From contig CBDEMG010000060.1 in NCBI GenBank assembly GCA_965240855.1, positions 8,006-72,005 on the forward strand: 64,000 nucleotides of DNA. The letters run 5' to 3'. The notes under the pieces were generated by a model, which saw only the letters and a list, made by a program, of their open reading frames with translations, was not told the DNA's origin and made no database searches. Source of the stretch: an uncultured Bacteroidia bacterium. GTDB lineage: Bacteria > Bacteroidota > Bacteroidia > Bacteroidales > CAJPTX01. This document shows positions 32,625-41,445 of this stretch, one piece after another. Both the position numbers and the translations under genes were made by a program. Numbering within the stretch: position 1 is the stretch's first letter; each line of letters starts with the position of its first letter.

Positions 32625-35234
32625 CTACAACCTAGCTTTAAGTGTTTCTATTTTTGTTATCGTATCACTTAACTTCTTACGTTCTGTCTCAACAACCTGT
32701 GCAGGCGCTTTGTTCACAAAACTCGGGTTTTCCAGCTTCTTTAGAATCATTAATTGCAACCCCTCGTAATACTTTATCTCCTCATTGATTTTAAGCATCT
32801 CTGCCTCGTGATCGATCTTATCTCCAAGAGGAATCGAAAACTCGAGAGTTTCAACCATAAACGAAACACAATTGGCTGGTAATATCTCGGGGACATTTTC
32901 CAAGGATAGATTACAGAACTGTTCTAGTAATCCTTTAGCCTCTTGTGTCATTGCAAACCCTCTGCGATAAAATAATTGCAAAGGTTCGTGGGGAGATAGA
33001 TTATTCTCTTGACGCACTGCACGCACTCCACTTACAATCGATTTTAAAAGCTCGAACTCTACAAGACTCTCACGATCCAACGCCTCTACGGTTGGCAACT
33101 GCGCTTGCATTATACTACTGTCAGTTCTCGCATCTTTTTCCCCGAGGTTATGCCACAATTCCTCCGTAATAAAGGGCATAAAAGGATGCAGTTGTATCAG
33201 TAATTTCTCGAGAATTCGCTCTACAACGAATACTACCTCTCGCTCAATTTTACGATTCGAATTCGGTTTTACCAACTCCAACAACCAACTTGAAAAATCA
33301 TCCCAAAAAAGGCGATAAAGTTCAGTCAAACCCTCGGATATCCGATACTCAGACATATTTGCCTCTACTTTGGCAAAAACTTCATTCATACGTGCCTCAA
33401 ACAGACGCACTGCATACAAACGTTCTAATGATTTCGCCTCTACCGCATTTCCCTTCCAGCCCTGTATCAGACGAAAAGCATTCCAAATCTTATTGCAAAA
33501 GTTGCGCCCCTGTTCGGTTTGTTGCTCATCAAACATGAGGTCGTTTCCAGCCGCAGAGCACATTAGTATCCCTACTCGCACCCCATCTGCCCCATATTTA
33601 TCTATCAATTCGAGTGCGTCTGGACTATTCCCCAACGATTTACTCATCTTCCGATGCTGCATATCACGAACCGTTCCAGTAAAATACACTCGCTTGAAAG
33701 GCGGCTTTTTGGCATATTCATATCCAGCCATTATCATGCGTGCCACCCAAAAAAATATTATATCTGGTGCTGTAACAAGGTCTGCTGTAGGGTAGTAATA
33801 CTGTATCTCCTCATTCTCTGGATGTAAGATCCCATCAAACAACGAAAGAGGCCATAACCACGAACTAAACCATGTATCCAGTACATCTTCGTCTTGCTTT
33901 AATTCGTTGAGTGTTATCGCTGGCTCTATTTTTTTTGCCTCGCAAAGCGCCTCCTCCTGATTATAAGCCACCACGACGCGCCCATCTGGGAGATACCAAG
34001 CTGGGATTCTATGTCCCCACCACAACTGGCGAGATATACACCAATCCCGAGCATTTTCTAGCCAGTGCCTATATACTCCAAAAAAACGTGAGGGTACAAG
34101 CTCAATATCCCCCTCTTCTACGGCCTGTAGCGATGTCTTAGCGAGATCGCCTATTTTTAGAAACCACTGCGTAGAAAGACGTGGTTCTATTACAGCTTTG
34201 GTTCGCTCACTTATTCCTAAGGTATGAATATAGTCCTCAGACTTCTCCAATAGATCTGCGCCAGCCAAATCCTTCACTATTAAGGTACGTACTTCAAAGC
34301 GATCTAAACCTTCGTAAAGACCTATACCTTCGCGAATTGTTCCCTGTTCTGTGAAAGTCTCTATTACTTCAAGGTTGTACCGTAACCCAATCTCATAGTC
34401 ATCTAAGGCATGCGCTGGTGTTATCTTGAGGACTCCTGTACCAAAAGCCGGATCGACATGCTCATCCGCTATCACAGGAACTTCTCTATTTACGAGCGGC
34501 ACAACTACTTTTGCGCCTAAAAACTTCTTGTAGCGTTCGTCATTCGGGTTTACACACACAGCAACATCACCCATTATTGTCTCAGGACGCGTTGTTGCTA
34601 CCGTTAAATACCCCTCAGAATCCACTAACTTGTATCGCAAGTAATATAATTTAGATTTCTCCTCGATATGCAACACCTCTTCGTCGCTAAGCGCAGTCTG
34701 GGCTTGCGGATCCCAATTGACCATACGCACCCCTTGGTATATCAAGCCTTTGCGATAAAGATCTACAAAAACATGGATCACGCTCGCACTACGCACCTCA
34801 TCCATCGTAAAAGCCGTACGATCCCAATCGCAAGAAGCGCCAAGACGTTTTAATTGCTCGAGAATTATTCCTCCATATTTATCAGTCCACTCCCAAGCAT
34901 GCTTTAGAAACTCTTCGCGCGAGAGAGAATGTTTATCGATCCCCTCATTTCGAAGCTTTTCTACAACCTTTGCTTCTGTCGCAATAGAAGCATGATCCGT
35001 CCCTGGCACCCAGCAAGCATTAAAACCTTTCATGCGCGCCCTACGCACAAGGACATCTTGTACGGTGTTATTGAGCATGTGCCCCATGTGAAGTATCCCC
35101 GTCACATTCGGCGGAGGTATTACAACAGTGTACGGCTTCCTGCTATCTGGAGTGGAATGGAAAAGTTTATGCTCCATCCACCATTCATACCACTTCCTCT
35201 CTATATCTTTCGGCTCGTAGCGAGTAGATAACAT
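32625..35234 (-). CDS. valS: Valyl-tRNA synthetase
   Basis: 869 aa with PPPNVTGILHMGH (HIGH), KMSKSLGN and a C-terminal coiled coil. Confidence 0.96.
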   Translation of the reverse strand: MLSTRYEPKDIERKWYEWWMEHKLFHSTPDSRKPYTVVIPPPNVTGILHMGHMLNNTVQDVLVRRARMKGFNACWVPGTDHASIATEAKVVEKLRNEGIDKHSLSREEFLKHAWEWTDKYGGIILEQLKRLGASCDWDRTAFTMDEVRSASVIHVFVDLYRKGLIYQGVRMVNWDPQAQTALSDEEVLHIEEKSKLYYLRYKLVDSEGYLTVATTRPETIMGDVAVCVNPNDERYKKFLGAKVVVPLVNREVPVIADEHVDPAFGTGVLKITPAHALDDYEIGLRYNLEVIETFTEQGTIREGIGLYEGLDRFEVRTLIVKDLAGADLLEKSEDYIHTLGISERTKAVIEPRLSTQWFLKIGDLAKTSLQAVEEGDIELVPSRFFGVYRHWLENARDWCISRQLWWGHRIPAWYLPDGRVVVAYNQEEALCEAKKIEPAITLNELKQDEDVLDTWFSSWLWPLSLFDGILHPENEEIQYYYPTADLVTAPDIIFFWVARMIMAGYEYAKKPPFKRVYFTGTVRDMQHRKMSKSLGNSPDALELIDKYGADGVRVGILMCSAAGNDLMFDEQQTEQGRNFCNKIWNAFRLIQGWKGNAVEAKSLERLYAVRLFEARMNEVFAKVEANMSEYRISEGLTELYRLFWDDFSSWLLELVKPNSNRKIEREVVFVVERILEKLLIQLHPFMPFITEELWHNLGEKDARTDSSIMQAQLPTVEALDRESLVEFELLKSIVSGVRAVRQENNLSPHEPLQLFYRRGFAMTQEAKGLLEQFCNLSLENVPEILPANCVSFMVETLEFSIPLGDKIDHEAEMLKINEEIKYYEGLQLMILKKLENPSFVNKAPAQVVETERKKLSDTITKIETLKARL

Positions 35235-35258
35235 TTCCTTGAGTTCCTTAATTTTTGC

Positions 35259-37055
35259 TTAATTCCGTTGTAGGCGTTTACGTGCCGTTTCATCCAACTC
35301 TATTTTCCGCAAACGGATATTGGAGGGCGTAATCTCCACATACTCATCTTCTCGGATATACTCGAGGGCTTCCTCTAACGAAAAATGCACTGCGGGAGCT
35401 ATAAATATCTTCTCATCGCTCCCAGAGGCACGCATATTCGAGAGCTTTTTCTCTTTACACACATTTATAGTGATATCATTCCCTCGAGTATGTTCGCCAA
35501 CAATCTGTCCAGCATAGACCTCAACAGGAGGATCTATAAAGAAAATCCCTCTATCCTGCAACTTCCCAATCGCATAGGCTACGGCTGTCCCCGATTCTAA
35601 CGCAATCAACGATCCATTACTCCTCGAAGGGATTTCGCCTCTATACGGTTCAAAACCCTTTAACAGATGCGAAATTACGGCCTCACCATTTGTCGCAGTT
35701 AATAGCTGATTTGTAATACCTATTAATCCTCGAGACGGTATGGTAAATTCTATATGCGTGCGATCCTCTATCTCTTGCAAGTTCTCGATCGTTGCTTTTC
35801 GTGTTAAAGCAATCTCTATGGCACTACCCGAAAATTGCATAGGAAGATCTATTCGTAGCGTCTCTATTGGTTCACATTTCACACCATCTATCTCCTTTAT
35901 TACAACTCGAGGTTGTCCTACTTGCATCTCATAACCCTCGCGCCGCATCGTTTCTATCAATATAGATAGGTGTAGTATGCCCCTACCAAAAACAACAAAC
36001 GAATCTGCTGTTGCACCCTGCTCAACCCGAAGAGCAAGATTCCACTCTAATTCTCGTTCTAAACGTTCACGCAATTGACGTGAGGTTACATATTTCCCTT
36101 CGCGACCAAAGAAAGGCGAGTTATTGATTGTAAATAGCATACTCATCGTAGGTTCGTCTACTTTGAGTACAGGAAGAGGAGCAGGATTCTCTACATCACA
36201 AACCGTTCCTCCTATTTCAAAACCCTCTAAACCACCAATGGCACAAATATCTCCCAACTGTACCTCGTCCACTTTTAATTTGTTCGCCCCTTCAAAGGTG
36301 TACAAATCTTTCACTGGCATTTTGTGAATAGAGCCATCTCGCATAGATAGTGATACCTGCATTCCTGCTTTCAATACACCACGCGAGAGTTTACCTACAG
36401 CTATACGTCCCGTGTATGGCGAGTATTGTATAGAGGTAATGAGCATCTGCAATGAGCCCTCCTGACGCCTCGGAGCAGGAATATAGCTTACAATTGCATC
36501 TAAAAGCGATATCATATTCTCCGTTGGTGTCTTATAATCTAGCGACATCCAACCCTGTTTTGCACTCCCATAAAGTGTCGGAAAATCTAGCTGCTCCTCC
36601 GTTGCATTGAGGGTAAACATTAGGTCAAACACATCCTCCTGCACCTGCTCTGGTGTACAATTCTGCTTATCTACTTTATTTATCACAACGATGGGTTTCA
36701 ACCCCAATTCAAGAGCCTTTTGTAGTACAAAACGCGTTTGTGGCATCGGTCCTTCGAAAGCATCCACTACCAGCAATACGCCATCCGCCATATTGAGAAC
36801 TCGCTCTACTTCGCCTCCAAAATCCGAGTGTCCCGGTGTATCTATTATATTTATTTTGGTATTATTATATACCATAGAAATATTTTTACTCAGTATTGTT
36901 ATTCCTCGCTCGCGTTCCAACTCATTGTTATCAAGGATATCCTGATTGCTCAGTTTCCAGTACCCCAGTGCAACGGTTTGCGTAAGAAGACGCTCTACGA
37001 GTGTGGTTTTTCCATGATCTACATGTGCGATAATCGCCACGTTTCTTATTTCCAT
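35259..37055 (-). CDS. typA: Translational GTPase TypA/BipA
   Basis: 598 aa with AHVDHGKTT, DTPGHSDF and NKVD. Length and C-terminal domain fit BipA. Confidence 0.95.
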   Translation of the reverse strand: MEIRNVAIIAHVDHGKTTLVERLLTQTVALGYWKLSNQDILDNNELERERGITILSKNISMVYNNTKINIIDTPGHSDFGGEVERVLNMADGVLLVVDAFEGPMPQTRFVLQKALELGLKPIVVINKVDKQNCTPEQVQEDVFDLMFTLNATEEQLDFPTLYGSAKQGWMSLDYKTPTENMISLLDAIVSYIPAPRRQEGSLQMLITSIQYSPYTGRIAVGKLSRGVLKAGMQVSLSMRDGSIHKMPVKDLYTFEGANKLKVDEVQLGDICAIGGLEGFEIGGTVCDVENPAPLPVLKVDEPTMSMLFTINNSPFFGREGKYVTSRQLRERLERELEWNLALRVEQGATADSFVVFGRGILHLSILIETMRREGYEMQVGQPRVVIKEIDGVKCEPIETLRIDLPMQFSGSAIEIALTRKATIENLQEIEDRTHIEFTIPSRGLIGITNQLLTATNGEAVISHLLKGFEPYRGEIPSRSNGSLIALESGTAVAYAIGKLQDRGIFFIDPPVEVYAGQIVGEHTRGNDITINVCKEKKLSNMRASGSDEKIFIAPAVHFSLEEALEYIREDEYVEITPSNIRLRKIELDETARKRLQRN

Positions 37056-37298
37056 TAATGCTCTAAATTTTAGGCTTTAAAGGTAAAGAGAAAGTGCGAC
37101 TTCAGTTTAATACTTGTCATTTTAGCCTCAGTCTATTACACAAATATTAAATTCTAACCTATTGATTACAAGATCTATAAAGATCCATCTTCCTTCTCCT
37201 ATTCTATAGCCCACTCGGCACTTTGGTTAGCAATTTCTTTGTACATTTGAAGCCTTAATGTGTTCTATAATAGGTCTATATTTTATAGAGGAAAGGCA

Positions 37299-38504
37299 AT
37301 GAAGAAAACTTTTAGTTATGTAGAGCGGCTGATCGAAAATATGTCGACTACTATGGATTTTGACGCTTATAGCACTAGCCGTGATCAATTTGATAATGGG
37401 CGGTATGTCGATAGTATTCACTCCGTAATCGATTTTTTCAATCCAGAGTTTCGTTACAAATACGACAACGAGTTAACGCAAAAAAACGAACCTACTCCTA
37501 AAAAGAACTTCTTTAGCGCCCTATTTAGTCCTAAGGTTGCAAGACAATATGGTCCGGGACATCACTTTACTATCCCACACGGTTCCATCATTGTCAATAT
37601 CGAAATCACTGAAACCGAGCTAAAAGTCCATGCACCCTTCCTACGCGTCCCAACAGATGCTAGACGGATACCTCTTTTACGACGTATTTGCGAACTGAAC
37701 CTCTCTCAACTAGACTTGGTGCGTATCGTACTCGAGGAGAACGAACTCCATTTCAAGTTTTCCTGTCCATTAGGACTCGCACACCCACACAAAATCCAAT
37801 ATATGTTCCGAGAACTCTGTATAACAGGTGATCGTTACGACGATGAATTTGTTACAAAGTTCGGCGCTGAACGTTTGTATACTCCGCGTATTACTCAATT
37901 CTCCGAACAAGATATCAAACGCATTATACAGGGAATACGCGAGACATGCAACGAGACAATTGCTGCTATTAACGAGTTCGAAGAGGAACGTAAATTTGGC
38001 ATTGCTTGGCATTGTCTATCCATCGGTCTTTTTAAGATTAGCTACATCGCCCGCCCGCAGGGGATGTTTGACAACGAACTAGACAAAGCCGTTGACGAGG
38101 CTTGGGAGGACGATGGCGATACGCCAGTACAGGTAACCGATGGGAAAGCATTCCTTCAGAAATTGCTCGATAGGTCAGACAAAGAATTAGCTGCAGATCT
38201 CTATAAAGTAGAGTTTATGTGTTCGCCGCGTCGAGCTTCGGATATTGGGAATATCCGATCCAATCTTTCCGAAGCTTACGATGCTGCACGTAAAGCCTAC
38301 TCTAGCGATTCTATGGAGTGTTGCCTTCGTAGTTTACTCATGATATACCGCGTCTATTTTTTTAACGATTTGCAGGCAGATGTAGACCAAATTTTCACTC
38401 GTGCGCTACGTAAATCCGCCAACCTAGAATTTGGCACGGCTTCTAAAATTCTAATGAAGGCTCTAGATACCGTAATGGGAGGCACCGTCGTTAGCGAAGA
38501 GTAA
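37299..38504 (+). CDS. Hypothetical cytoplasmic protein with a central YbjN/T3SS-chaperone-like domain and a helical C-terminal half
   Basis: The track ORF 37260-38504 starts at GTG. ATG at 37299, preceded by AGAGGAAAGG, is preferred (401 aa). Nt 37560-37865 align colinearly with the C-terminal domain of the downstream protease. No signal peptide or TM. Confidence 0.6.
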   Translation: MKKTFSYVERLIENMSTTMDFDAYSTSRDQFDNGRYVDSIHSVIDFFNPEFRYKYDNELTQKNEPTPKKNFFSALFSPKVARQYGPGHHFTIPHGSIIVNIEITETELKVHAPFLRVPTDARRIPLLRRICELNLSQLDLVRIVLEENELHFKFSCPLGLAHPHKIQYMFRELCITGDRYDDEFVTKFGAERLYTPRITQFSEQDIKRIIQGIRETCNETIAAINEFEEERKFGIAWHCLSIGLFKISYIARPQGMFDNELDKAVDEAWEDDGDTPVQVTDGKAFLQKLLDRSDKELAADLYKVEFMCSPRRASDIGNIRSNLSEAYDAARKAYSSDSMECCLRSLLMIYRVYFFNDLQADVDQIFTRALRKSANLEFGTASKILMKALDTVMGGTVVSEE

Positions 38505-38560
38505 AGCTACGATTTCTTATAGCAACTTTATGTTTTTTTTTGGTAAGGAGTATAAAGTAG

Positions 38561-39658
38561 ATGAATTCGACAAATATAGATTATAGTGCTGTTGTCAAAG
38601 TGATTACAAATGACGGAAGTGGATCGGGGTTCTTTTTCCGACGTCCTAATTATCTAATGACTAATTTCCACGTCGTAGAAGGACATCGTACCGTCACACT
38701 AGAGCTACAGAACGAAGAACGAAGCAAGGGTTCCGTTGTCCTAGTTAGTCAACATTTGGATTTAGCTATCATACAAGCAGAAACCGATTTCAATGGGATT
38801 GAACCTGTTGTATTCTGCGACGAAGACTCTCTGGAACTCAGCGACAAAATCGTTGTTGCAGGTTTCCCGCTTGGTCGTCCTTTTGCTATAACCGAGGGGA
38901 TTGTATCCTCGCCACGCCAAAAGATTGGAGCGCGCTTCCTTATACAAACAGATGCTGCCGTAAACCCAGGCAACTCAGGGGGGGCGATGTTCAATTCTGA
39001 AGGGCATGTTTGTGCTGTCACCGTAAGTAAGATGCAGAACGCCGAGAATATCGGATTTGGAATCCCCGTAGCAGACATCAAGAAGATGTTGCAAACGCTC
39101 GATACAATGGGTGACGATAGACATTATCATTTTCAATGCCCTGGGTGCGAAAAAGCTATTGTCGATGATAGTATGGAATATTGCGATTCTTGTGGCGCTA
39201 AAATCCCACAGGAAGCCTTCAAAGAAGTGCCAAAATCTGCATTGACAAGCGTTGTAGAAAAGATTATTAGTGATATGGGGATCGATCCCATAGAGGCGTG
39301 CAATGGAGACGAACAATGGAAATTTTACTACAAGGGCGCGCTCATTATTACCTATGTTTATAACCGCGATTTCTTGATCTCCTATTGCAACATCAATCTT
39401 CTCCCAAAACAAGATCTCGGTGCTCTTTTCGAATATCTTCTCAAGGATCCTGCGCCCCCATATCAGTTCGGAGTAAAGGATAACGACGTTGTTATGTACC
39501 TCTGCGTACATCTCTCAGACCTACAAAATGATACGTATCGCGAGAAGATCATGCAACAGTTTACAGCTCTACCAGAAAAAGCAGCTGAGCTCGACGATGA
39601 ACTTGCCTCAAAATATGGCTGCACCTTTCCAGAACGCAAAAACAAAACACAAGCATAA
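38561..39658 (+). CDS. Cytoplasmic trypsin-like (S1/chymotrypsin-fold) serine protease fused to a zinc ribbon and a YbjN-like domain
   Basis: 365 aa with no signal peptide. Catalytic triad contexts are TNFHVV (H37), HLDLAIIQ (D67) and GNSGGAMF (S139). A CPGC-x11-CDSC ribbon follows (aa 193-211), then a C-terminal roughly 100-aa alpha/beta domain. TAAGGAG lies 10 nt upstream of the ATG. Confidence 0.8.
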   Translation: MNSTNIDYSAVVKVITNDGSGSGFFFRRPNYLMTNFHVVEGHRTVTLELQNEERSKGSVVLVSQHLDLAIIQAETDFNGIEPVVFCDEDSLELSDKIVVAGFPLGRPFAITEGIVSSPRQKIGARFLIQTDAAVNPGNSGGAMFNSEGHVCAVTVSKMQNAENIGFGIPVADIKKMLQTLDTMGDDRHYHFQCPGCEKAIVDDSMEYCDSCGAKIPQEAFKEVPKSALTSVVEKIISDMGIDPIEACNGDEQWKFYYKGALIITYVYNRDFLISYCNINLLPKQDLGALFEYLLKDPAPPYQFGVKDNDVVMYLCVHLSDLQNDTYREKIMQQFTALPEKAAELDDELASKYGCTFPERKNKTQA

Positions 39659-39683
39659 GAGCGTATCGATATCTTTGTCTCTT

Positions 39684-39719
39684 AGAGAGGGCGTATCACA
39701 AACTACGCCCTCTTTCTTT
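39684..39719 (+). terminator. Rho-independent terminator after the protease gene
   Basis: GAGGGCGTA-8 nt-TACGCCCTC followed by TTTCTTT. Confidence 0.8.
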
Positions 39720-39775
39720 GCTACTTATATTTGGCAATTATCGAAAGATTCGTACCTTTGCACAGGAAGTTCGAA

Positions 39776-39846
39776 GGTATCATGGCCGAGTGGTTAGGCA
39801 GAGGTCTGCAAAACCTCGTACAGCGGTTCGAATCCGCTTGATACCT
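39776..39846 (+). tRNA. tRNA-Cys (GCA)
   Basis: 71-nt cloverleaf folded by hand. It has a 7-bp acceptor stem GGTATCA/TGATACC, anticodon arm GAGGT-CTGCAAA-ACCTC, T arm AGCGG-TTCGAAT-CCGCT and a U73 discriminator. CCA is not encoded. Confidence 0.9.
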
Positions 39847-39884
39847 CATCGCATAGCAAAAAATATGCAGTTTTCTTCTGAGAC

Positions 39885-39912
39885 AAGGGCGGTTTACTCC
39901 GCCCTTATTTGT
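39885..39912 (+). terminator. Rho-independent terminator after tRNA-Cys
   Basis: AAGGGCGG-TTTACT-CCGCCCTT followed by ATTTGT. Confidence 0.65.
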
Positions 39913-39941
39913 ATACACAAAATTCGTTGCAAAAAACTGAA

Positions 39942-41246
39942 ATGAATATTGCAGTCGTAGGTGTTGGGTACGTCGGTTTAGTCAGTGGTGCATGCTTTGC
40001 CGAACTGGGAAGTACTGTCTATTGTATCGATAACAACCACGAGAAGATTTCTCAACTCAAAAATGGAATTATCCCCATCTACGAACCTGGATTAGAGCAT
40101 CTCGTCGCACGAAATGTACAAGGAGGACGTCTATATTTTCGTACCGAACTTGCAGAGATTCTAGACGAGGTAGAAATCGTTTTTATTGCTGTAGGCACTC
40201 CTATGCGCGAGGATGGTAGTGCTGACTTATCGTATGTTCTCGAGGTTGCAACAACTATCGGCAAAAACTTAACCAACTATAAACTAGTAGTAAATAAAAG
40301 CACCGTCCCAGTGGGTACTGCGGCTACTGTCAACTCTTTAATACGCGAAGAGCTCAACTTACGAGGTGTTTCTATCGATTTTGATGTTGCATCAAATCCC
40401 GAATTCCTAAAAGAAGGTGCCGCTATTGAAGATTTTATGCGACCAGATCGAGTCGTCGTCGGCGTAGATTCGGTGCGCGCGCAAGAATTGATGACTCGCT
40501 TGTACAAGCCCATGTTATTGAACAACTTCCGCGTTCTTTTCATGGATGTCCCCTCTGCAGAAATGACAAAATATGCAGCGAATGCGATGCTAGCAACCCG
40601 GATTAGTTTCATGAACGAACTCGCGAATCTATGCGAGATTGTCGGAGCCAATATATCTTCGGTTCGTACGGGAATAGGTAGCGACGCTCGCATCGGGAAT
40701 CGTTTTTTATACGCTGGTTGCGGCTACGGCGGATCCTGCCTACCCAAAGATGTTAGCGCCCTCATCGCGACTGGGCGAGAGTATGGTAGTAAACTAGAAG
40801 TACTCACTGCTGTACAACACGTAAACTCTCTACAAAAAGAAATTCTATTTACAAAATACTTGCAATACTATAATCGGCAGATTCAAGGACAAAAGGTTGC
40901 TATCTGGGGACTAGCTTTTAAACCCGACACCGATGATATGCGCGAAGCGCCCTCCTTACGTCTCATTGAACAACTGCTCGAATATGGAAACGAAGTTTGC
41001 GTATACGACCCCGTTGCCATGCCTACGGCAAAGCTTCTACTCGGAGATTCTGTCCTCTACGCTAACGATTTGTATCAATGTGTTGAGGAGACCTATGCTA
41101 TTTTTCACGTCACGGAATGGAAAGAATTTCGCATGCCTAATTGGCAACAAATTCGTAGACTCGTAAAAGTCCCCCTTATAATTGACGGGCGAAATGTCTT
41201 TGATCCCAAAGCACTTGAAGGATTTACCTATTTGCATATCGGCTAA
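39942..41246 (+). CDS. ugd: UDP-glucose 6-dehydrogenase
   Basis: Motifs MNIAVVGVGYVGLVSGACF, NPEFLKEG and the catalytic GGSCLPKD. ATG 39942 is preferred over the track start 39909, which overlaps the tRNA terminator. Confidence 0.93.
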   Translation: MNIAVVGVGYVGLVSGACFAELGSTVYCIDNNHEKISQLKNGIIPIYEPGLEHLVARNVQGGRLYFRTELAEILDEVEIVFIAVGTPMREDGSADLSYVLEVATTIGKNLTNYKLVVNKSTVPVGTAATVNSLIREELNLRGVSIDFDVASNPEFLKEGAAIEDFMRPDRVVVGVDSVRAQELMTRLYKPMLLNNFRVLFMDVPSAEMTKYAANAMLATRISFMNELANLCEIVGANISSVRTGIGSDARIGNRFLYAGCGYGGSCLPKDVSALIATGREYGSKLEVLTAVQHVNSLQKEILFTKYLQYYNRQIQGQKVAIWGLAFKPDTDDMREAPSLRLIEQLLEYGNEVCVYDPVAMPTAKLLLGDSVLYANDLYQCVEETYAIFHVTEWKEFRMPNWQQIRRLVKVPLIIDGRNVFDPKALEGFTYLHIG

Positions 41247-41369
41247 ACTGCTACAATTCTAACTCATCAGAAGTCTATTCTACACAGCTATAGTTTCCTT
41301 CAATTTGTAACAAAAACTTCATCGCTGCGTATACAAATTCCCGCTGCAACAATCTTTCGTTAAAAAAGT

Positions 41370-41377
41370 TACCTTTG
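41370..41377 (+). promoter_or_regulatory. Candidate -7 promoter box TACCTTTG for the MCP gene
   Basis: TAnnTTTG match 69 nt upstream of ATG 41446. Confidence 0.35.
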
Positions 41378-41445
41378 CTATAGGACTACTGTTGTCTTAA
41401 TTACTTTAATCTACATTCTAATTATTCTATAGCATACTTAGTATC

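Noticed and set aside
37227-37421. 64-aa minus-strand ORF in the typA / unknown-protein divergent region
   Set aside because: It overlaps the 5' end of the plus-strand gene, has no start context or motif, and lies in an AT-rich promoter region where short ORFs arise by chance.
38975-39511. 178-aa minus-strand ORF inside the protease gene, plus antisense ORFs 40277-40693, 42816-43226 and 54659-55180
   Set aside because: These are shadow ORFs opposite genes with clear catalytic or domain motifs. They have no start context, no recognisable motifs and a biased composition.
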